DNA of 64,000 bases from Macrostomum lignano (GCA_002269645.1 NIVC01000366.1:372001-436000); one strand, 5' to 3'. Counted from the stretch's first letter, positions 38,287 through 49,619 are shown. Made by a program: numbers and translations. Notes: generated by a model from the sequence alone, not told the origin.

Positions 38287-38992
38287 CAGAGCAGATAGAA
38301 ACGAGAAGAGATAAGAGAGAAAAGATAAAAGAAGAGAAAGGAGAGATGAAAGAGCAGACGAGAGAGAAGAGAGGTGAGGGAAGAGACGGGCGACGAGGGG
38401 AGAGAGAAGATATAAAACAAGAAAAGAGATGAGTGGAAAGAGAGAGAGGAAAGATGTGAGGGGAGAGACGAGAGAAGAGGGGAGAGAGGAGAGAGGAGAG
38501 GAGAGAGAAAACGAAAGAGTAGAGAGGAGAGAGAAGAGCAGAGAGAAAACGAAAAGTAGAAAGGAGAGAGAAGAGGAGAGAGAAAAGAATAGGGAAGAGA
38601 GATGAAACAGAAGAGAGATGAGGGAAGATACAAGAGAAGAGAGGAGAGAAGAGAGAGGAGAGACGAGGGATGAGAGAGAAGAAAGGAAACAAAGAGACGA
38701 TAGAAATTTTAAAGGATCCAAGGGACGTAGGGAGAGTCAGGGAGAGACCAGAGTTTAGCAATATATGTTTTAGAGTCAGACAGACATTGCCTGACATTCT
38801 GCGCAGTACCCCAGCCAACAATATCAACGTTTGCCTCAAACCCTAATTTTACACGAATGTGCTCCATTTTATGTCTACCTCTATCCTACTATTAATTTGT
38901 TAGTGTATGGCCTTAGATTTCAGAATACATGCAAAAGTAGTTCCGGAGATTAGAATTCCCCGGGTTCAAAATCCGCGGGTTTCAACAGCTTG
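35984..38992 (+). mobile_element. Non-autonomous Helitron copy 2 (GA-rich interior)
   Basis: Starts TCTCTACCTATAAAAATC immediately after the CTTG end of copy 1; same 5' ~1.2 kb, GA-rich core and 3' end. Confidence 0.75.
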
Positions 38993-40578
38993 TCTCTACA
39001 TATAAAAATCAAAACTCTGTCTGTCTGTCTGTCTGTCTGTCTGTGGACAAATTACTTCGCTATGGACTCCCAAACCGCTCAACCAAATTACACCAAACTT
39101 TACACCCACCCTAAACTTACTACGGAGAATGTCTTAGGCTACCTTAAAATTTCCTAAATTTGAGTCTTCCTACCTAAAAGTACAAAAAACTGCTCAAAAT
39201 GCGCGATTTTTTCACTAAATCCTCCATAGCGCCGCTTCACTTCTACCGATTCTCTTCAAATTTGACACAGGCAATTTTCAACTATTTTGACACAATCGTG
39301 TAAAATTTCAAATCTCAAAGTTAATCCTGAGCGGTGCTGTGCACTTTTAAAGTTAGGCTGTTTTTTTCAGCGAGACAGCCACCCCAACCTCCGCCCGCCT
39401 GCCTTTCTTTCTTTCTTGGATGAGGAAGATGGCAATCGATAAGACTAGCATAGTTGTCTGTGGTACAAAAAGCGATACGATGCAATCCTGATTCCTGAAT
39501 TAGTCACACAAAATAGAATTTGTAACACTAAGTCCTATTTAAAGGCACTTTAAAATCCAAATGCCCCCAAAGAAAAGCGCATTGGGTCGTTTCACTGCTG
39601 CAGCTAGACGATGGAGATCTACAAGGCAAAGCAATGCGGCTGAAGCAGGAACATCACATAGCACAGAGGAAGCAGACAACACAGGTAGCTCTGCCCAGGC
39701 CAGATCGAGTGCAAGTGCTTTAGGAGAACAAGCCCAGAAAAGAAGCCTTCGACCACCGACAAGATCATCGACATCAGCAGCCGGCGCCAGCACTTCCGAT
39801 GGAACTGGAAGTACACAGGTTCCTCTCAGGGCTGCAAATTGGGAAGAAAGACGACGTGAACAAAAAAGACAGCAAACAGCCGAGGCACGACGCAATGAAA
39901 CGACTGTTCAGACTCAGCAACGACAGGAACGGGACAGAGATCAGACCGCAGAGGCACGACGCAATGAAACGACTGTCCAGACTCAGCAACGACGGGAACG
40001 GGACAGAGATCAGACCGCAGAGGCACGACGCAATGAAACGACTGTCCAGACTCAGCAACGACGGGAACGGGACAGAGATCAGACCGCAGAGGCACGACGC
40101 AATGAAACGACGGGTGAAGCTGGAGTGCGCCGTGAAGACGATCGAAGACGCCACAGAGAACGCGCTGCGGCCTATCGATTTATTGAGCAAGACGTTGCCC
40201 ATGACGAATCTGAGCAAGCAATTGGACCACCTCCTTGGGCCCTAAGCTTTGCTCTAAATTATGATCCTACTTTTGTTTATAGCAGCCACCCAAAGCTTGC
40301 TATCGAAAGAATGTCGAAGAAATGTCAGCATTGCAATGCGTTGAGGTGGGCAAATGAGACACCTGGCATGTGTTGTAGCAATGGAAAAGTCAGACTCACT
40401 CCTCTGAATGAGAATCTAGAAATATACTTTTTAATACACATTTATACCAAGTTTCGTTCACACCTCTATCCAACTATTAACAAGTTTTGAGTATGACTTT
40501 GGATTTTAAAATACATGCAAAAATGGTTCCGGGGATTTGAATTCCCCAGGTTCAAAATCCGCGGGTTTCAACAGCTTG
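38993..40578 (+). mobile_element. Internally deleted Helitron copy 3 carrying a RepHel N-terminal ORF
   Basis: Same TC 5' end (shares ~410 bp) and same ...CAACAGCTTG|T 3' end; the whole trimer sits between A (33326) and T (40579). Confidence 0.8.
39561..40490 (+). pseudogene. Truncated Helitron RepHel N-terminus with STPR-like 23-aa repeats and CxxC...CC motif
   Basis: 309-aa ORF with three near-identical 69-bp repeats (ETTVQTQQRRERDRDQTAEARRN), then ALNYDP...KCQHCNALRWANETPGMCCSNGKVRL, typical of the region preceding the Rep domain in animal Helitrons. No Rep or helicase motifs follow. Confidence 0.8.
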
Positions 40579-43500
40579 TATATAATAAAACTAAAAAAAT
40601 CATTGTTTAAAATCAAAATTTAAAGCCAAAAAGTAACAAATAATGTCAAGTAAAAACATATTTGTAAGTTACTATTAAAAGTATATATAATGTAAGAAGT
40701 AACTTGTTTATTTGAAACTTGGAAGTTGATTAATAATTAATAAAATAAATAGAAATTTGAGACCAAATTGGAATCTTGGCTTGGCTCTGCTCATGCAGTT
40801 AAGATACTTAAGGGCCAACCCCCAAGGCACAGTGAAGTGTACATGCCTAAAAATAAATAGTTAGGTCATTGTACACTTTGTATGCTTATGCATATGACAC
40901 AATATACAGTTGTATGTCTATTCAGTGCTTAGTGTAGTCTGTGAAATGGGCAATACATATAATAGAAATATTAGTTACAACAAATCTGAACCCCATATGT
41001 TATATTAGCAACCACTTAAGACTTCTGTATCAATTTTCATATTTGAGTAATCTATAAACATAGAGTCTATAAATGTGGTTTTCATAATGTATTGGTTTCC
41101 CAACAGACATTCAGACAGACATTCAGAAATCGTTCAGTAAATGTTTAACAAAATTTTCTATTTAGTACGCAAGACAGTGTAAATTTTTAGACATTTTTAC
41201 GCATTTCTCTGCTTTAAAAAGACACCTCAGACACACACAAAGACGCTTTACAAGCTGAGATATTCCCTAGCAACTGTTGTTAGCTCGTTTCCCAATATAC
41301 CAAATACTGTATATAGTAGTTCAGCCTAGACATTGCTGATCACTGATCAAGCATCGACAGTGGGCAAACCTCAACTGCTAGGTATCCTCAGCTAGTCTCT
41401 CGAGCACTAGGAGCTCTGGACCATCGATCCAGCATCATCTGGACGCCATCGGCACCTTCAACTGCAGATTACACCATGTGACTATATGAGCAGCCTGATC
41501 GGATAAGAATTTTTTTAGTTTGCTGATCAAGCCTTGAAAATGGACAAGCCTCAACCGCGGGACATTCTCAGCTAGTCTCTCGAGCATTCAGTCATCACCT
41601 GGATGCCGTCGGCACCTTCAACGGATTATACCAGCTGACTATGGACACTCTGGATGCAAATACACCTGTTTTTTCTTATCAAGCTTCAATAATGGGCGAA
41701 ACTTAACTGCTGGACATTCTCAGCTAGAATTTTGAGCCTTCAGTCACCACCCCGACGCCGTCGAGACCTTCAACAAGTGGCACTAGGTGACTATGGACAT
41801 CCTGATACGAATTTCTCTAGCTTCGCTTTTCAAACCTTTACAGTGGGCAAGCCGGCCTCAACTGCTAGGTATCCTCAGCTGGTCTCCCAAGCATTTAGTC
41901 ATCACCCGGACGCCGTCAGCATCTTCAACAGATGACACCAGGCGACTGTGACCACCCTGATACAAATTTCTCGAGTTTCGCCAATCAAGCCTTGACAGTG
42001 AGCAAGCCTCAACTTTTAGACACCCTCAGCTAGTCTCTCAAGCATTCTGTCACCACTCCGACACCGTCGGCACCTTCAACAGATCAGATGACTATGGACA
42101 TCCTTTTGCAACTATGTCAGGTTTTTCTTATCAAACTTCAATAATGCGCAATCTGTAAGTCCTGCATATTCTCAGCTAGAGTCCCAAACATTCTGTAATC
42201 ACCCGACGTAATTATGTAAACATGATGAGGTAATTTGTTAATTAAACTAAATTGAACAGAATGTTCACGAAAAGAAGAAAGCACTAAAAACTGCCAAATT
42301 TTCTGTGTGGAATGAAGATAAAGTCACAATATACTAAATATCCAAGTCTTCTGTCTTAAAAGTTACTATTTGTTTAAAAATAAATAAATCATACTTCTGG
42401 GGGTCCATGGTCATGGTTTTGTCTCCTTGAAAGTGCCGATGACGGCAGAATGATGACAACGCTTGAGAAACTAGTTAAGGATGCCTAGCAGTTGAGGTTT
42501 GCCAATTATTGAAGCTTGATAAAAAATATAGCATATTTGCATCAGACTGTCCATAGTCAGCTGGTGTAATCTGCTGAAGGTGCCGACGGCGTCCGGGTGA
42601 TGACTGAATTCTCGAGAGACTAGCTGAGGATGTCTAGCAGTTGAGGCTTGTCTACTCTGTCGAGGCTTGATCAGCGAAACTAGCTGAGAAATTTGAACAG
42701 CGTGTCCATATACATGTAGACACCTGTTGCAACTTGTTGAAGGTCCAGAAGCTCTGCCTGGGTGAAGGCTAGTGACCAACAAAGTCAAGTAAATCTGATG
42801 CAAACACATGTGGTCAACGTTCCGATGAAATTTGGATACTTGGCAAGGCTGCACTGAGGCGCAGTGCTTATTGGTGCACAGGGTATAATACACTGGTGCT
42901 TATGGGAAAATCCGACCATCTGCAGGCAGAATCATCGAATATCTTGATGGTCCAGAGGGCTGGCGACAACTTGATTCTTGTTCGAGAAGGTGCGTAGCAA
43001 AAAGTAAGCCCATGTTCTTGAATTTTGTGCGCCCGCGTTGCTCCGTGTCGGCGCATCAAAAAATGTCAGCTAGGGTGGGGGATTCCCTGTTCTACTGTTA
43101 ATAATAGAACAGTAATAATAATATATAGTAATAAAAGGAATACAGTAATACGATCGTAATAATCTTATTATCATTATTAATAGTAATAATTTCAATAAAA
43201 GTCTTACTAATATTGTAATAATAATACATTCGGTATTTTTAGAAAATGTCGTAACAACAGTTGCTAGGGAATATCTCAGCTTGTAAAGCGTCTTTGTATA
43301 TGTCTGAGGTGTCTTTTTAAAGCAGAGACATGCATAAAACAGCTGTGCAAATTTGATGTAGAAAGATCAAAGTGGGACGATGTAGCGGCTTCTCAAAAAA
43401 CTACTATATACAGTATTCGGTATATTGGGAAACGGCATAACAACAGTGGCTAGGGAATATCTCAGCTTGTAAAGCATCTTTGTGTGTGTCTGAGGTGTCT

Positions 43501-44720
43501 TTTTAAAGCAGAGACATGCGTAAAACAGCTGTGCAAATTTCATGTAGAAAGACCAAAGTGGGACGATGTACACTGTAAAAAATATGTGGCCGAAAAAGTA
43601 GCCAAAAAGTGGCCAAATGCAAGTAGCCTAAAAGTGACCAAGAGTGTCCCACGTTCGGCCACATTTCCGGCCACTTTTTAAGTGGCCACATTTCTGGCCA
43701 CTTTTTAAGTGGCCGAACGTGGGACACTCTTGGCCACTTTTAGGCTACTTGCATTTGGCCACTTTTTGGCTACTTTTTCGGCCACATATTTTGCTGGCCA
43801 CATATTTCTCGTGTTTGTGTTATTTTCGGCTCTTTTACAATAAATTTCTCTCTGTAAACGTGGAATCCTTAAATAAAACCCCTCATTGCAGTTATTGTAC
43901 TGCATTTATAGATTAAAAAAGTAATTAAGCAGTATATAAGCATATTATATATGACCAGAAAAATTTCATAATTCATTTTGTTGATTGAATAGTGGAAAAA
44001 TTGTCTCAGTTATCCAGCACGTTAATTGTATTTTTTTATTAAAGAGAAAAAAACAGAACATAGAGCAATTGTGAGAAATTGTGAATAAATGTGAGCAATG
44101 GTAAGCAAATGAGCAAATGTGAGCAACTGAGCAACTGTTTGGGTGGCTGAGTAGGGGACTTGGGTGGCTGGTTTCGGCAGATTTGGGTGCATGGCTGAGT
44201 ATAGGGGAGACTTTGGTGGCTGGTCATGGGAGATTTGGGTGGCTAGGAAATTTCTGAGAAGCACAATTGGAGGATGCGACACTTTGTCAAGTTCATTGTC
44301 GATCACAAAAAACTACTGGGCAAAACTTGCACTGTCGACTTGACTGACTGATTGGTGGCTCGCTTAGGATTCCGGAGCTTCAAAAAAATCTCAACCGTCT
44401 CCAGCAGGTTTTCTGTGCAGTGGTCATGCTTTAATGCCAGAAATGCTAGAACGTACAAAGAATAGTCTCCAAAGCAGATTCCGTCTTGATATTAGTTGTG
44501 GACACCCGCATGCCACTCCAATGACCGTCGAAACTTGAAACGTCACCATCTGCCACGATGCTAACGTGGCGATTTGAGTCAAAAAAGGCATCAAGGTTGC
44601 ACACTTTGGCCTTGATGGCCAGAAGCATAAAACCATTTTTAACAGAAACTTCAGGATCGTCTGACTGTTGGAGAAATGGATTGGCACGAGATGACCTGGA
44701 CAGAAGCGAAGCACTTCCAT

Positions 44721-47504
44721 TCATCCACTGTGTAAGATCGCGCAATCGGTCCAACAGGGTGCAGATTTTTGTGCTGTTCTGAGCCAGGTAGTCCGATTTA
44801 GAATTGCTGGAGTAGACAAAGGAAAAAAGTTAAATATATCCTTTATTTCATTAAAACTTAAAGCCTTTTCCTTTAATAAAAACTTAAGAACAGAGCAAAC
44901 TACAAAGTGGGAAATTCCTTCTAAAAGGTCGTGAAAAAAGTCTGGAGGAAAAAAGTAGGGCATGGTTGCATATCCAAGGCTTAAAAATGGACATTCCTTT
45001 AAAATACCTGTAGTTTCATCTATTTCCCAATCAGAACTTCTTTGGAATAGTTTATTTTCAATGAGACAAAAGTCACAATCAGTTGCCTTGGCAGTGCAAA
45101 ATCGACAAACCTTTCCTGAGGCAAAATTAGTAGTGTTCCGCCACCGCGAGTTTTGACCTCCATAACCGTAACCGTAGCCGTAAGAAAGAAGCAACTTCCG
45201 TAGCCGAATTTTGCCGTCATTACGGGCTAAAAAAGTCCGTAACCGTAATTTGCCGTAACCGTAGCCGTAATGTATAACAAAAATTGATATTTTTGCATGA
45301 AAAGTAGGGCAGACAGAAAAGGACAGATAAAAAGGATAAAAGGATAGCAATAAAACCTACTTGTTGTTCGTTCATGCATTAATATTCATTTATTTTTTCG
45401 TAAATATAATATCTTTATCGAAGTATTCTATAGCATTGCTGTATGCAATTGTGTGCTTGGTGCCTTTTTCAGTTTTCTGTGTCGTGATTCTGTTTTGTTT
45501 CGCTACAATATGAATATATGACTGACGTGCCAAGGTCAATGTGTATGTTTAATATCATTAAATAAATATATGAATTTGTTCAAATAAAACTGCTTCAAAA
45601 TTTCCGATGACTAAGAAATTGCATGTTACATTTTTCATTTTCATTTTATTGCATTGTCTATTGTATTGTCTTCTTTGGTTTCAATCAATTTTCAATCATA
45701 ATTCATATTCTTATCCTATTTGTATTTATTTAGTATTTCCTTATTAATATTCTTTCATCCTTATCCTCATAATCTAAATCTAATATCCTATTTTTATGCT
45801 AAGGAGCTAAATGCTACATATGGCTAAGAAATAAGAATGCCAGATTCTTAGTCTCTTGTAGGCTTTGACTGGCTCTCTCTGTCTCGCTGCTATCATGCTA
45901 TCGCTATGCTATGCTATGCCGTATGCCTAATGAGAAAATTCGTGAAAAAAATCGTTTTTCATTTTCAAGAAGTTTCGTAGATATTTAGAAACTTAACAAA
46001 TGTAAAAAATAATAATAACTAGTAAAACAAAATGAAAACTGGTTGAAGTTGATGTAAAAAATTCTTTTATAACACTAAACAGTTAAAAATAAATAATTTT
46101 TGTTATGGCTACCAATTACGGCAAGTCTAGAAAAATCTCCGTAATCCGTAACCGTAACCGTAAGCTCAAAATATGTCCGTAACCGTAATCCGTAATGAAA
46201 ATACGGCTTCAAAAGTGTCGTAGCCGTAATTTGCCGTAGCCGTAGCCGTAATTACGGCGGAACACTAAAAATTAGTTTGAAGACCAAAAAGGCTATTTAT
46301 TGATAAATTATTGCCTGTACAAAAGCAAGCAATTATAGGGACATTTATTTTTTGGCCATACTTATTGATATCAATACCTAAGACTAAGTCATATAAAACA
46401 TTTGTCTTGTGATGCAACCTCATATAGTGCATTTAGAATTCTTAAGTAAATTGCATACACTTTGTGCTTATAATGTGCTTTGCCAATTGGATTAGCAACT
46501 TCAAACTCATCAGTATAAAGCCCTATATATATAGCATTTTTAAGTGGACTATCAACAAGTGGAGCAATATAATTTAGAAAGTATGGGCTTGTGAAAAAAA
46601 GATATTTTTCTTGTAAAGAACCTTCTAAAACTAAATTAAGAAAGTCAAGATTCTGGAATGCTGCTTGAATGCTTTCTCCAATTGAAACATAATAAATTTT
46701 TTTATTGTTAATACAAGTTTGAACAAGTTCTACAAAAGGATAGTTAGCTTTAACAAAATTTAAAAGCTGATAATCACTTAATAAAATATCAAAACAAGTG
46801 TTAAAAAAGGAATCAAAGTCCAAAAAGTTACTAGTTGATTCTATAATATCAGTTGAAATATTATTTTCTTTTAAAAACTGAGTAGCCATAACATTATACA
46901 AGTTACTAAAGGTTGAAATAATTTCCTTTACATTGTCAGTCAAAGAAAGACTAAGGCTATTAGGTAAACAATGCAGATCTCTACTAGAAAGAAAAAACTT
47001 AATTATATCAAGTACAAGCTTTTCCTTTAGAGCCTCTTTTAGTTCAGAAGAACTTTGATCAATGAAGCCATAAGCTCCCTCCATGATTTCATCATTTTTA
47101 GTTGATATGTCATCATAATTATTTGTTGCATTACTTTTTTCATTAATAGACCTTGGAAAGTTGGGGTCTATTAAGTAATTAATTTTGCCAGAAGTGTCAT
47201 CTAGTTTGTCTTCAATTGAAAAAATGGCAGTCTCTTCAGCTACATAAGGCTTGTTATGGAATCTTAATAAATGCTTAATTATACCCGCTTTAGTTGAACT
47301 ACTTATATTGCAATGTTGAATGGGACAAGTAAACCTGTTTGCTAATTGAAGCTCTTCTAGACAAGGGGTGTACTTTGAATGGTGGACAAAACCTGACATT
47401 TGCTCAAATGTTTTCCCACATTTACAGGGAAACATTCTTAAAAAAATCAAAGCAAAATGGATTCTTACAAGGCTAAATTTAAGCAAAAAAAATTCTGGGG
47501 CCAT
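44721..47504 (-). pseudogene. Disrupted EnSpm/CACTA-type transposase with N-terminal C2H2 zinc fingers
   Basis: 46389-47504: CKCGKTF...HH and CPIQHC...HLLRFH fingers, YYVSIGESI, LYTDEFEVANPIGKAHYKHK. After a frameshift near 46390: CTGNNLSINSLFGLQ|TNFASGKVCRFC...PPDFFHDLLEG, with the MITE at the bar. These are recognisable animal EnSpm transposase blocks (D..E..NP.G, GDNL, CRFC, D..HD..EG). Confidence 0.8.
45132..46266. mobile_element. MITE / non-autonomous TIR element (hAT-like) inserted in the CACTA transposase
   Basis: TIR (T)AGTGTTCCGCC / GGCGGAACACT(A); AAAATTAGT duplicated at 45123-45131 and 46267-46275; many subterminal CCGTAA/CCGTAG repeats; AT-rich non-coding core. Confidence 0.85.
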
Positions 47505-49032
47505 GTTAATTTATACTGTAGACCTAGTTTACAAAGATTTAGAATAAGGCTATTATTATAAGCATACATGCGAAACCTCCAAAATTCGGTCGGCCGTGCG
47601 ACTTAGTTTTAACAAAAATGCGACGTAGTTTTTGGCCAAAATTGCGACTTACATGTAAAAAAAACCCTAAAGCAAAATTAACGCAATTTTGGGTAAACGG
47701 CAGGAGTAACTATGACTGTCTTATTAAGCCAAAATGCCTCGTCAGCTACTTAGTACTACTACTTGGGTGTTTTTTCGGGTGGGCATTTTTGCGACTTCCT
47801 TGGTTGGCCGCCAAATCGGTCGGCCGGATCGGCCGACTCGGCCGACTGTTGCGCATGTATGATTATAAGACAAAGACAAAGACAATAAACTAAAAAAGCA
47901 GACACAATAATAATTAGACAATAATATGTTGAATTACAAAGAATAAAAATAAAATGAAGCACAAGAAAAGGTAAGGCTCAAGGGCAAGAATTGAATAAAT
48001 ACTGTGATCTAGGCCTATGTTAATAAGTAGGCCTAAGTAGTCTATAAATATATACAAATATAAAAATATATACACAAGTCACAATGTTGTTAGGGCCTAA
48101 TTTCAGTAGTCTGGGTCAATAGTTAATGCAGAAGTTCTTGCAATTTGCAAAGAAACTGAGCAAAGCATGAGAGCAGAGCATATGCTGAGTTGAGCGGTAA
48201 ATGCGCTGTAACGCTTGAAAATGATTTTAGTAGTTTGATCAGATAAAAGTCAACACAAATTAAATCGCAAGTACATTAACAAATTTGTAAAGTAAATTTT
48301 ATTTTCAGCAAGTTTTTTGCTTTTTGACTGCAATTTTTTAAGAATATTATAAAGTTTTATGCCCATAGTGGTTAACTTTGTATTCTTTTTGCAGTTCATT
48401 GTGAGTTTCTTTGTAAATTTAAGATCAGAACGTACTATTGAATTATTTACTCTCAGCCACATATTATTTTCGATGCTAAATATTCATTGTACATGGTTAA
48501 AGTGTTACATTACACGTTGCACTCATAAAAAACAAATATTTTTACTTAGCTATGGCCTTTTGTGAGAAAAAATTTCGCTTTGGTAAAATAATTATCTTTG
48601 GCCACTTTTTCTAAAATACATCTGGCCACTTCCTCGGCCACATATTTTTTACAGTGTAGTGGCTTCTCAAAAAACTACTATATACAGTATTCGGTATATT
48701 GGGAAACGGTGTAACAACAGTTGCTAGGGAATATCTCAGCTTGTAAAGCGTCTTTGTGTGTGTCTGAGGTGTCTTTTTAAAGCAGAGACATGCGTAAAAA
48801 TGTCTAAAAATTTACACTGTCTTGCGTACTAAATAGAACATTTTGTTAAACATTTACTGAACGATTTCTGAATGTCTGTCTGAATGTCTGTCGGGAAACC
48901 AATACATGTTTTCATATTTCAATGGGTTTTTATAATTTGAAATACTATTTAAAATTCCAGCTCTAAAAATAAGTTAAATTCAGCTGATTTTAATAATTTT
49001 ATTATCTGAATTTCAATCAAAGACACAACAGC

Positions 49033-49485
49033 ATGGCAGCGGCAGTCGCTTCAGCCAATGGCGATCAGAAACTGTTGGAATTCGATCACATCTACCAGGA
49101 GATTCGCGGCATGATGTATCCTGGCAAACTGCGCCTCCGCCAGGCCGATATCTACTTTAAGAATGAGAAAACTGGCCGCATTGATCACTTCAGCTCCTCG
49201 GATATTGAGCAGGTGCACTGGATTATACGGGCCAGGGGCTTCTGCCTCAAGTTCCTGCTCGGCGACCTCATCTACCGCTATGACGGATTTCGGGAGGCCG
49301 ATTTAGATAAGCTGAGCGCCTTTGCCAGGGCCAACTGGCAGGTTGAGGTGAGGCGTCTGTGTCTGTCTGACTGTCTGTCTGACTGTCTGTCTGTCTGACT
49401 GTCTGTCTGACTGACTGTCTGTCTGACTGTCTGTCTGTCTGACTGTCTGTCTGTCTGACTGTCTGTCTGTCTGACTGTCTGTCTA

Positions 49486-49516
<31 letters not shown>

Positions 49517-49581
49517 GACTGTCTGTCTGTTCTGTCTGTCTTTCTGTTCCTTCTGCCTGTCTGTCTGTCTTTCTGTTTTCC

Positions 49582-49619
<38 letters not shown>

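Larger units (their letters stand above)
43571..48656 (-). mobile_element. CACTA/EnSpm (CMC) DNA transposon, CACTG termini, TA TSD, nested in the MULE
   Basis: Perfect 23-bp TIR CACTGTAAAAAATATGTGGCCGA (43571-43593 / 48634-48656). TA duplication confirmed against the uninterrupted sister copy of the host repeat at ~43375-43400 (GATGTAGCGGCTTC). Contains transposase remnants. Confidence 0.9.
41087..48907. mobile_element. Mutator-like (MULE) non-autonomous element, 235-bp TIRs, 9-bp TSD GTTTTCATA
   Basis: TIRs 41087-41321 and 48673-48907 (ATGTATTGGTTTCCC...GGGAAACCAATACAT, few mismatches); identical GTTTTCATA at 41078-41086 and 48908-48916. No MuDR transposase seen. Confidence 0.88.

Noticed and set aside
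34543-38839. Leu/Ser-rich pseudo-membrane ORFs on the minus strand
   Set aside because: Antisense reading of the GA-rich Helitron interiors.
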